NCBI GenBank assembly: GCA_964434285.1
Contig: CAYSUJ010000001.1
Location: 33,913-97,912, forward strand
Direction: 5' to 3'
From: an uncultured Candidatus Saccharibacteria bacterium
GTDB lineage: Bacteria > Patescibacteriota > Minisyncoccia > Phycocordibacterales > UBA2100
DNA: 64,000 bases
Shown piece after piece: positions 38,616 through 46,577 of this stretch. Every line of letters starts with the position of its first letter. The stretch's first letter is position 1. Position numbers and translations under genes: made by a program. The notes below the pieces were generated by a model. It did no database searches. It was not told the DNA's origin and saw only the letters and a list, made by a program, of their open reading frames with translations.

Positions 38616-39860
38616 ATGACACGAATTCTTAATACGCGAATCCTCGGGGCTCTCGCGATGATCGTGTTCGTGGGTGCAATCGTCGCTTCGTCGACTGGTG
38701 CATTCTTCTCGGACACCGAAACATCAACAGGGAATACGTTTACAGCAGGGGCAATCGATCTCAAGATCGACAGCGTTGCGCACTACAACGGCATGGTGTG
38801 TGCCGCGAATGGCGAGACATACATTTGGGTTCCAAATGCAAGCGCACCGCTTGACCTAGAAACTATGCAGCCAGTTCTCAGTGACCTTATGAACGAACAG
38901 TCTGAATGGGATGCATTCAACACTGCAAACCCGCTTCAGTATCCAAAGGCAGGTGTTGTTTGTACGGGCACATGGCCGCTCGCTGATCTTGGCGACGGCG
39001 AATTGGCTGTTGGTACGTTCTTCGATTTCGACGACATCAAGCCGGGTGACGAGGGTGAAAACACGGTTTCCATCCACATCGACACCAACGACGCATGGAT
39101 GTGTGCTGAGTTGAGCAATGTGGCAGAGGCGGACAACGGTCAGACAGAGCCGGAGGCTCCAGTCGATCCTGACGCAGATGTTGCAGCGGAACTCGATAAC
39201 AACCTCCACTTCTTCGCATGGCGTGACGATGGCGACAATATCTTCGAGGATGGCGAAACGCCACTCGGTGGTCCTGTTGCTGCAAGCACGCTCGTCAACC
39301 AGAAGTGGGCACTTGCTGATTCAACGACGGGCAACGGCCCAATCGTGGGTGACGTGACTTCGTACATCGGTGTGTACTGGTGTGCTGGCACCATCTCGGT
39401 TGTGGGCAACACCCTCAGCTGTAGCGGTGCAGAAATGGGCAACGAAGCTCAGACGGACTCATGGTCTGCTGACCTCTCGTTCTATGTCGAACAGTCTCGT
39501 AACAATGCGAACTTCCGATGTAATCCTGTGACGCAGCCTGAGACGGCTGCTCTGACTGTTGATAAGGAAGTTACGTTTTCTAGCGTGACTCTTGCTGTCG
39601 GTGTTGGCGACTTCACGCTTCACATTAGCAATGGTGCAGGGATTGACCAAGATGTGACTGATGAAACTCAAGTAACTGGCTTGCCAGCAGGAACTTACAC
39701 GGTTACAGAGATCTACACTGGGTCTGAAAACATCACCTTTGACGCAGAGTTTGGGGGTGCTTGTACGGACAACGGTTCAACCGGTTCTGTCACATTGGCA
39801 GAAGGTGATAATCTGACGTGCACAATCACGAACAGTATTTCTCCAGTTGATCCAGTCTAG
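38616..39860 (+). CDS. secreted TasA/CalY(camelysin)-like protein P1 with SipW-cognate signal peptide and C-terminal CnaB/prealbumin-like domain
   Basis: N-terminus MTRILNTRILGALAMIVFVGAIVASSTGAFFSDTETSTGNTFTAGAIDLKIDS. Core motifs KPGDEGENTVSIH, NEPE, AWRDDGDNIFEDGE, YIGVYWCAG and NEAQTD...SFY..QSRNN..FRC are shared with P2-P4. C-terminal GTYTVTE...NLTCTITN domain. The track ORF starts upstream at 38334 and the first ATG consistent with a signal peptide is at 38616. Confidence 0.7.
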   Translation: MTRILNTRILGALAMIVFVGAIVASSTGAFFSDTETSTGNTFTAGAIDLKIDSVAHYNGMVCAANGETYIWVPNASAPLDLETMQPVLSDLMNEQSEWDAFNTANPLQYPKAGVVCTGTWPLADLGDGELAVGTFFDFDDIKPGDEGENTVSIHIDTNDAWMCAELSNVAEADNGQTEPEAPVDPDADVAAELDNNLHFFAWRDDGDNIFEDGETPLGGPVAASTLVNQKWALADSTTGNGPIVGDVTSYIGVYWCAGTISVVGNTLSCSGAEMGNEAQTDSWSADLSFYVEQSRNNANFRCNPVTQPETAALTVDKEVTFSSVTLAVGVGDFTLHISNGAGIDQDVTDETQVTGLPAGTYTVTEIYTGSENITFDAEFGGACTDNGSTGSVTLAEGDNLTCTITNSISPVDPV

Positions 39861-39865
39861 TCCTG

Positions 39866-40004
39866 GCCCAACTAACGGCTCAAATAGCGCTATTTGACCC
39901 GTTGGGCAAAAAGAGTCAATCGTTCAATTTCGCCCGAAATTGAACGATTAGGGCTCGGGTATAGCCGAACTCTGGCCGGATTTCAGCCAAGGGCTGAAAT
40001 CCGG
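39866..40004. repeat. three consecutive perfect stem-loops in the P1-P2 intergenic region
   Basis: Hairpin 1 (39866-39907): GCCCAAC...GTTGGGC enclosing the palindrome CAAATAGCGCTATTTG. Hairpin 2 (39918-39949): AATCGTTCAATTTCG-cc-CGAAATTGAACGATT. Hairpin 3 (39976-40004): CCGGATTTCAGCC-aag-GGCTGAAATCCGG. Confidence 0.65.
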
Positions 40005-40061
40005 CAGAGGGGGCTGTATCTCTAGGGGAAACAGCGGTTATTAAATTAAAAAAATAACAGT

Positions 40062-41627
40062 ATGGTAAAAACATTACTTAACACTCGAATACTGGCATCG
40101 CTCGCGATGATTGTGTTCGTTGGTGCGGTCGTCGCAAGCTCGACGGGCGCATTCTTCTCCGACACGGAGACCTCCACGGGGAATACCTTCACCGCAGGAG
40201 CAATCGATCTCAAGATTGATAACTCAAGCTATGGGTTTGATTGGAATAATCCTGCAATCGCTTTGGATGAGGCAACGGGTGTCTGGGGTCCGAACGCGGC
40301 AAACTCATGGGAGCTCGCCGATCTCACGAATCAGCTCTTCTTTAGCTTCCGCGACCTGAAGCCGGGGGATTACGGCGAGGACACCATCTCGCTCCACGTG
40401 AACGACAACGATGCCTACGCATGTATGGCGTTCGACCTGACGGGTACTCCTGAAAACGGCCAGAATGAGCCGGAAGCAGCAGTTGACGCAACCGCAGGCG
40501 CAGACGAAGGCGAGTTGCAAAACTACCTCTCGTTCCTCTTCTGGTACGACGATGGCGACAACATTCTTGAAGTGGGCGAACAAGTTATTCCTGAGCTCAG
40601 CGGCGCACCAGGCTCGGTATTCTCCGGCACATGGCTTCCAATTGCTGAAGGTGGCGACACACCGCTTCCGGGTGGCTCCACACAGTACATCGGCAAGGGC
40701 TGGTGCTTCGGTAACATCTCGCCAAATCCTATGGCGCAGGATGGTGTGGGCACAGGTGCTCCAACCGCTGAGACGACAGGCTTTATTTGCTCGGGCGCAG
40801 CGGGTGACCACAACGATGCACAGACAGACGGCATTCAAGTGAACGTCGGTTTCTACGCAGTGCAGTCTCGCAACAACGGACAGTTCCAGTGCGCTGGGTT
40901 GCCACCGTTTGGGGATGCTAATGAGACCCGCACGCAAACTGTAAACCAGGCTGCGCTCGCGCTTGATATCGACGATGTGCTCGCAGATCCAACGTTGTGG
41001 TTCTTCTACAACGACACCGCTCCTGAAGGAATAATGACGATTGACCAATTCAGCGGTGCGGGCGGTGAAAACCACATGGAATCAGTTGATTCTGAAGCAG
41101 GAGCAAAGATGGTGCTCGATACCGGTGTAAATCCTCGCTACAACATTGCGACGGCGCAATTCAGCGATATCTTGGGAACCATCAGCTCGCTTAAGTTCCG
41201 CGTCTATGATGCGACAGCTGATAGCGACACACCGTTCTTGCAGTTCAACGTCGATTTTGCGACAAGCACAATGGGCGTGGGATATCAGGGGCGCTTGACC
41301 ATGCAGCCGGGAACCGGCGGCAATGCCGCGCTTCCTGCAGTAACGTGGACGACGGTAGACGCACAAGGCACTGCAATGTGGACGTGGTCTAAGCTCGCTG
41401 TTGGTCCGGATTTGATTGCGGCAACAGCAGACGACAACACTTGGCCAGATGGTGACACGAATCAATATCGTTCGTGGGACTCTATCGTTGCAGCATTTCC
41501 AGATGCGAAGCTTCTTTCTCCTGGTTCGTTCCTCGGTGTCCGCACTGGGCAGCCGGGGCCAGCCGGAGCAACGAACTTCGTGAGCTCTATCGAGTTTGAT
41601 GGCGTGATCTACGACTTCGAACTCTAG
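40062..41627 (+). CDS. secreted TasA/CalY-like protein P2 with SipW-cognate signal peptide and unique ~300-aa C-terminal domain
   Basis: N-terminus MVKTLLNTRILASLAMIVFVGAVVASSTGAFFSDTETSTGNTFTAGAIDLKIDN. Core motifs KPGDYGEDTISLH, NEPE, WYDDGDNILEVGE, YIGKGWCFG and NDAQTD...FYAVQSRNN..FQC. Confidence 0.7.
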   Translation: MVKTLLNTRILASLAMIVFVGAVVASSTGAFFSDTETSTGNTFTAGAIDLKIDNSSYGFDWNNPAIALDEATGVWGPNAANSWELADLTNQLFFSFRDLKPGDYGEDTISLHVNDNDAYACMAFDLTGTPENGQNEPEAAVDATAGADEGELQNYLSFLFWYDDGDNILEVGEQVIPELSGAPGSVFSGTWLPIAEGGDTPLPGGSTQYIGKGWCFGNISPNPMAQDGVGTGAPTAETTGFICSGAAGDHNDAQTDGIQVNVGFYAVQSRNNGQFQCAGLPPFGDANETRTQTVNQAALALDIDDVLADPTLWFFYNDTAPEGIMTIDQFSGAGGENHMESVDSEAGAKMVLDTGVNPRYNIATAQFSDILGTISSLKFRVYDATADSDTPFLQFNVDFATSTMGVGYQGRLTMQPGTGGNAALPAVTWTTVDAQGTAMWTWSKLAVGPDLIAATADDNTWPDGDTNQYRSWDSIVAAFPDAKLLSPGSFLGVRTGQPGPAGATNFVSSIEFDGVIYDFEL

Positions 41628-41744
41628 TTTTCTCTAGCCGTTCTGGGCATCGTGCGGTGCCCAGCGGGCTGAAGAAAAATTCAGCAAGGTCTAATTATTC
41701 ACAGGGGAAACATTATTTAATCACTCGGGGGATAAAAACTAATT

Positions 41745-43694
41745 ATGAACACATCACGAATCCTGCTCGCGCTTCTCCTTATCATCGGAGCGGGCGGTGC
41801 GCTTGCTGGGGGAACCACCGCATTCTTCTCCGACACGGAGACGTCTTCGGGCAATATGTTTACCGCGGGCGACATCGACCTGAAGATTGATAACGACAGC
41901 TACTACAACGGCAATCGTTGTACAAATGTCGGCAACGAAGAGGCGCCTGACTACCAATGGGTGGGAGAGGCTGCGTTTCCAGTTGCCGGAACTCCCTGCG
42001 ACACCTCGTTCCCAGCAAGTGACTTGGATAATGGACTCTTGTTCTTCAACTTTACCGACATCAAGCCGAGCGATGACGGCGAAGACACTATCTCCATCCA
42101 TGCGGGCACGAACGAAGCCTATGCATGTCTCGACATGGCACTCACCTCGAACGACGACATCTCCTCGAACGAGCCTGAGCTTGGCGATGGCGACGCCCCT
42201 GAAGACGAGAACAACACCTGGGATGGTGAACTCGCACAGACCTTGCAGATGTTTTGGTGGGCGGACGACGGCGACAACGTGTATGAAATAGGTGAAGGTG
42301 CCCTCACGGATGGTGTGCAGACTGTCGAGGATATGTTTGGTGGCGACCAGCAGGTCTTCACCGCGACCTTGGCTGATGCAGACGAAAACATTTGGGGCGA
42401 AGACGGCGGGATCCCCGGCAACCAGACTCGCTACATCGCGAAAGCGTGGTGTTTTGGTGACCTTGCTATGAACGCGCTCCCGAATGACGCAGGTACCGGC
42501 CCACAGGATCGCCCTGGCTTCTTCACCTGTGATGGTTCTGCACTCGATAACACAACGCAAACCGACGGCATAACGCTTGATGTGGCCTTCCGCGCGATCC
42601 AAGCGCGTCACAACGACCGCTTCCAGTGCGATGGCGAGGATGAGGAGACGCGCACCGCGACTCTCACTGTGATTAAGGTGGTAACGAACGATAACGGCGG
42701 CAACAATGTGGTCGCCGACTTCCAACTCTTCGCAGATAATGGCGTGACCGAAATCGGGCTTACCTCTGGCGTACCGACGGTTGTGCCTGCGACAAACTAC
42801 ACCATCACGGAAACCGGCATCTCGGGCTACGTGGCATCGTTTAGCGGCGACTGTGATGCAAATGGCTTCATCACACTCGCACCGGGTGACAACAAGACCT
42901 GCACCATCACGAACAACGACCTTCCGGCAAACATCACACTTATCAAGAACGTGATAAACGACAACGGTGGCACGGCAACAGCGAACTCGGCGTGGGGTCT
43001 CCGCATTGACGGCAATATCGTGCCGAACAACACGTCGGTCTCGGTCTCTGCAAACACACCGCACTCGATCAGCGAAGATGGCCGCGCAGGCTATGTGTTC
43101 CAATCCATCACCGGGCATCCGAAGTGTCCGTTGGTTCTTGGTGGCACGGCAACGCTTGATGAAGGGGAAGCCATCACTTGTACCATCACAAATAATGATG
43201 TGGCGCCGCTCACCGAGAGCTTCGGCACGGGTGCTTGTCTCCAAGACATCCCAGGTTGGGATGAAGACGCAGGAGAAAGCTGTGTGAACGGTACTGTTGC
43301 TGCTGCTATCGGCGTGGGCGACGATACGGCGAGCCCTGATGGCGGCAGGTTCGCACTCATCGGTAACACTGGCTATATCTGCCGTCAGGTGAGCGCAACA
43401 GGTCTTCAGAATCTTCAGCTGAAGTACTACTGGCGAGGAGATTCGGCAGGTGACGCCGGAGCAGATTTTGGTGTCGTGCAGGTATACACCGGCGGCACGT
43501 GTGCTTCGCCGACGGGCGTCACACAACTCGCGTCCCACGATGTCTCGGTAAATTCATGGAGTGCACTCCAAACAGTTAATCTTCCGGGTGCGCTCGACAA
43601 CACAAGCTTCTTCGTTCGATTCGCCGCAGATACGAACGGCGGCACGGAGAGCTTCCGCATCGACGGGGTTAGCGTGACGGGCTCGCCGCTCTAG
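41745..43694 (+). CDS. secreted TasA/CalY-like protein P3 with SipW-cognate signal peptide, two tandem CnaB/prealbumin-like domains and a C-terminal Cys-containing domain
   Basis: N-terminus MNTSRILLALLLIIGAGGALAGGTTAFFSDTETSSGNMFTAGDIDLKIDN. Core KPSDDGEDTISIH, NEPE, WADDGDNVYEIGE, YIAKAWCFG and TTQTD...FRAIQARHN..FQC. Two tandem repeats each end in TCTITNND. A GGGGGA RBS precedes the start. Confidence 0.7.
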   Translation: MNTSRILLALLLIIGAGGALAGGTTAFFSDTETSSGNMFTAGDIDLKIDNDSYYNGNRCTNVGNEEAPDYQWVGEAAFPVAGTPCDTSFPASDLDNGLLFFNFTDIKPSDDGEDTISIHAGTNEAYACLDMALTSNDDISSNEPELGDGDAPEDENNTWDGELAQTLQMFWWADDGDNVYEIGEGALTDGVQTVEDMFGGDQQVFTATLADADENIWGEDGGIPGNQTRYIAKAWCFGDLAMNALPNDAGTGPQDRPGFFTCDGSALDNTTQTDGITLDVAFRAIQARHNDRFQCDGEDEETRTATLTVIKVVTNDNGGNNVVADFQLFADNGVTEIGLTSGVPTVVPATNYTITETGISGYVASFSGDCDANGFITLAPGDNKTCTITNNDLPANITLIKNVINDNGGTATANSAWGLRIDGNIVPNNTSVSVSANTPHSISEDGRAGYVFQSITGHPKCPLVLGGTATLDEGEAITCTITNNDVAPLTESFGTGACLQDIPGWDEDAGESCVNGTVAAAIGVGDDTASPDGGRFALIGNTGYICRQVSATGLQNLQLKYYWRGDSAGDAGADFGVVQVYTGGTCASPTGVTQLASHDVSVNSWSALQTVNLPGALDNTSFFVRFAADTNGGTESFRIDGVSVTGSPL

Positions 43695-43698
43695 GAGT

Positions 43699-43735
43699 GG
43701 GGCGCGCCGGAGGCGCGCCCGATGTTCTTTCGTTC
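43699..43735 (+). terminator. GC hairpin GGGCGCGCC-ggag-GCGCGCCC followed by a U-rich tract between P3 and P4
   Basis: 8-9 bp all-GC stem followed by GATGTTCTTTCGTTC. Confidence 0.4.
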
Positions 43736-43749
43736 GAAGAGGAAATACT

Positions 43750-44718
43750 ATGTCATCTCTCAAACTCTCAATTCGCCTCGTATTCACCGCCGTCATTATG
43801 TCGGCAGTGATACTGGCGTTTGGGTTTAGGAGTGAGGCAACAGGCACGACCTTTGCGACGAAGAAAAAAGGCGAGACATTTGATTTGAAGATTGATAGCA
43901 AGGCTTCGTGGAACGGCGTCTTGCAGCCATCTTCGACGTGGGCCCTGAAGAACCTGAACCCGACGTCAGACAAATTCTTCAATCTTGATGACGTGAAGCC
44001 AGGTGACAGAGGCGAGGCGACGATTTCACTCCACGTAAACAAGGACGCATGGGTGTGTTTGGACTTCGAGAATCTTAAGGAGAAAGAGAATGGCAGAAAT
44101 GAACCAGAACTCCTGGTGGATGATTCTGGTGGCGCAAACTCGGGGGAGCTTGCCGATGGTACCGAATTCTTCGGTTGGCGCGATGATGGCGACAATATCT
44201 TTGAGGTGGGAGAAATTCCGCTCTTCGGTACGTCGACCAACAAACAAGCGGCGACGCAGGTGCTTAATCAAATGACATATCCGCTCGCGGATTCAAAAAC
44301 AGGGAATGCACTTGTAGCATCGACCACACGCTACATTGGGATTGAGTGGTGCGCGGGCGATTTGGAGGTGGATGTGCCCACGGCGACCATCACCTGTGAT
44401 GGCGAGGCTTTGAGGAACGAAGCGCAGACCGATTCCTTCTCCGTGGACATTTCGTTCCGCGCGGTGCCGGTGAAAGACAACAAAAAATTCACCTGCGTGA
44501 AGAAGGGGACGACCTGTGAGTACGGCTGTTCAGGCAACTGTGGCCCCGTCAACGTGACAGTGGACAACAGCGCAACCGTCACAAACACGACGACATCAAA
44601 CTCAAACACGGGCGGCAATTACGCAGGTGGCGGTGGAACGGTCACGACAGGAAACGCATCTTCAACCTCTTCAACGACGAATATCATCAACCAGTTGCGG
44701 CTCTTGATCGGAAGATAA
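43750..44718 (+). CDS. secreted TasA/CalY-like protein P4 (diverged N-terminal signal region; core domain plus S/T/N/G-rich C-terminal tail)
   Basis: The N-terminus has a TM/signal segment and ..GTTFATKKKGETFDLKIDS. Core KPGDRGEATISLH, NEPE, GWRDDGDNIFEVGE, YIGIEWCAG and NEAQTD...FRAV. Tail TNTTTSNSNTGGNYAGGGGTVTTGNASSTSSTTN. An AGAGGAA RBS precedes the start. Confidence 0.6.
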   Translation: MSSLKLSIRLVFTAVIMSAVILAFGFRSEATGTTFATKKKGETFDLKIDSKASWNGVLQPSSTWALKNLNPTSDKFFNLDDVKPGDRGEATISLHVNKDAWVCLDFENLKEKENGRNEPELLVDDSGGANSGELADGTEFFGWRDDGDNIFEVGEIPLFGTSTNKQAATQVLNQMTYPLADSKTGNALVASTTRYIGIEWCAGDLEVDVPTATITCDGEALRNEAQTDSFSVDISFRAVPVKDNKKFTCVKKGTTCEYGCSGNCGPVNVTVDNSATVTNTTTSNSNTGGNYAGGGGTVTTGNASSTSSTTNIINQLRLLIGR

Positions 44719-44724
44719 AACGCT

Positions 44725-45996
44725 ATGTTGAAATTTGTTAACACACTCGTCACAACACTCTTCATCGCAACGATGCTTGGCGTTGCGGGGCTTCTCGTGG
44801 GCTCGATGCTTCCGATTCCTGGCAACATCGAGATCAAGATCGTGAAGTCGGGCTCGATGGAGCCGGCGATCCCAACTGGGTCACTCGTCGTCGTGAAGCC
44901 CTCCGCATCGTTTGCCTACAATGTGGGCGACGTCATCACCTTTGGAGCCGACACGCGAAGCGAGGTGCCGACGACCCACCGCATCGTGGCGGTGGAGGGC
45001 ACGGGCTCAGAGCGAATTTTCGTTACCAAAGGTGACGCGAACGAAGACATCGATCAGGAATCGGTTGCGCTCTCGGAGGTCATCGGAAAGGTGCTCTTTA
45101 GCGTGCCAGGCGCTGGCTATGTGCTCGCGTTTGCGCGGGAACCGCTCGGTTTTGCGCTTCTTGTGGGCATTCCTGCGGGGCTCATCATTCTTGAAGAACT
45201 CATAACGATAGGGAAAGAAGTGCGGGCGGCCGTGCGCAGGCGTCGTGACGAGGAGGATGAGCCGAAAGGCGGCGCAGGCTCGCTCGACGAAGACGGCGCG
45301 CCCCTGCGGCTCTTTTATGGGCGCAGTCGCGTGATGGATGAAATCTTCGTGCCGATGTATCAGAAGCCCAGCTTCTTACACGCGGAGTGGTGGCACAAAC
45401 AATTTCGCATGCACAAAGACACCTATGGCACTTCGACGGCGCTCGTCTTGGGGCTCGTGTTTATGTCTTCCATGATGGTGGGCGGTGCTGGCGGCACCAT
45501 CTCATACTTTAGCGACATAGAGCGCTCGGTGGGCAACATCTTCCGCGCGGGTGAGTGGTTACCGCCAGAGCCGCCGCTCATTGCTGAAGAGATTATTCCT
45601 TTCGCTGCGGTACTTGGCGTAGCGACAGAGAATACGCCCGCTCCTGAAGAAGTCGTGCCCGAAAAGGAACCAGCAACATCTGATTCGGAGGCCGTTATTC
45701 CGGACACTTCTGTGCAGAATGAGGAAGGTAGCGGAAACTCGAACGAAGGGAATCCGAGCTCAAGTATGAGTGAGCCGATTCCGTCGACTGAGCCTCAGCT
45801 GACGCAAGACGAAGGGACCATGGAGTATGATCCGAGCATAGGGTTAGATGGCGAGGTGGAAGAATCTGTAACACAGTCTCCGGATGAAAATCTGCCCCCT
45901 GGTGAAGGTGCATCGTCTCAAGAAACAATCGTGCCCGAAGAGACGCAAGAACCAAACGTGGGTGAACTAGTCGGCGAGGAGATCAGTGTGCTGTGA
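44725..45996 (+). CDS. sipW: signal peptidase I, SipW type (S26B), with a ~250-aa C-terminal extension containing an internal SipW-cognate signal-like motif and an acidic S/E/P-rich tail
   Basis: Catalytic Ser motif KSGSMEPAIPTGSLVVVKP, His motif PTTHRIVAV and TKGDANEDID. After the C-terminal TM (FALLVGIPAGLIILEELI) and RRRRDEEDE comes TSTALVLGLVFMSSMMVGGAGGTISYFSDIERSVGNIFRAGEW. A low-complexity acidic tail runs to the stop. Confidence 0.75.
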   Translation: MLKFVNTLVTTLFIATMLGVAGLLVGSMLPIPGNIEIKIVKSGSMEPAIPTGSLVVVKPSASFAYNVGDVITFGADTRSEVPTTHRIVAVEGTGSERIFVTKGDANEDIDQESVALSEVIGKVLFSVPGAGYVLAFAREPLGFALLVGIPAGLIILEELITIGKEVRAAVRRRRDEEDEPKGGAGSLDEDGAPLRLFYGRSRVMDEIFVPMYQKPSFLHAEWWHKQFRMHKDTYGTSTALVLGLVFMSSMMVGGAGGTISYFSDIERSVGNIFRAGEWLPPEPPLIAEEIIPFAAVLGVATENTPAPEEVVPEKEPATSDSEAVIPDTSVQNEEGSGNSNEGNPSSSMSEPIPSTEPQLTQDEGTMEYDPSIGLDGEVEESVTQSPDENLPPGEGASSQETIVPEETQEPNVGELVGEEISVL

Positions 45997-46096
45997 CGAT
46001 TCATGTCGTTAGTAGCGGACACGTTGTAAGGTAGTAATTTGTGTGGTATAGAAAGCACGGAATGTCTGTCCAGCAACGCTACGAAAGGAGTGTGTC

Positions 46097-46519
46097 GTGT
46101 GGAATATCGTTATTTCAATACTCATGATGCTGTCCACCTTCTCACAGGCGGCGGCTGAAGCCTCGATCGAAAGCACTTTCGCAGAGTACGGCATTCAGGT
46201 GCAGATCGACAGTGCGGTCCGATGCGGGCGTGCTCAAGGCGAATGCGAGGCCAAGCGAATCATCGTCGTGACTGGTGTCTCATGCAATAGTCCGGCTGAT
46301 TCGCTTGGGGTGGAAGTGGGCGATATCGTTATCGGCCATGGCAACGCCACAATCGAAACTGAGAATGGTCCATCGGAGAAAGCGCTGTTCTTCAGATTGT
46401 GTTGCTTCGGCACACAAATGGCCGCGTGCGGTATATCATCCAATGGTTGGAAAAGCGCCCGTTCGACAATGATGCAGAAAACGTCCGTTGTGGGCGTCCA
46501 GGAAGTCGCATATAAGTGA
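46097..46519 (+). CDS. hypothetical secreted Cys-rich protein, possibly PDZ-like
   Basis: GTG start with an AAAGGAG RBS. Signal peptide ...TFSQAAAEA. Six Cys. GVEVGDIVIG resembles a PDZ carboxylate-binding region. Confidence 0.4.
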   Translation: MWNIVISILMMLSTFSQAAAEASIESTFAEYGIQVQIDSAVRCGRAQGECEAKRIIVVTGVSCNSPADSLGVEVGDIVIGHGNATIETENGPSEKALFFRLCCFGTQMAACGISSNGWKSARSTMMQKTSVVGVQEVAYK

Positions 46520-46552
46520 AAGAGCCGATTCGGAAAGAATCGGCTCTTTGAT
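46519..46552. terminator. rho-independent terminator AAGAGCCGATTC-ggaaa-GAATCGGCTCTT plus TTGATATAT
   Basis: 12-bp perfect stem directly after the stop at 46519. Probable 3' end of the cluster transcript. Convergent with the minus-strand gene. Confidence 0.55.
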
Positions 46553-46577
46553 ATATATGAACCATTCTGTGAACATG

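Noticed and set aside
40305-41075. 256-aa minus-strand ORF inside P2
   Set aside because: Same reasoning as above. It is antisense to a gene supported by paralogy.
41754-43538. 594-aa minus-strand ORF spanning P3
   Set aside because: Antisense to P3. P3 has a clear signal peptide, conserved paralog motifs and an RBS. The antisense product is Arg/Val/Cys-rich junk.
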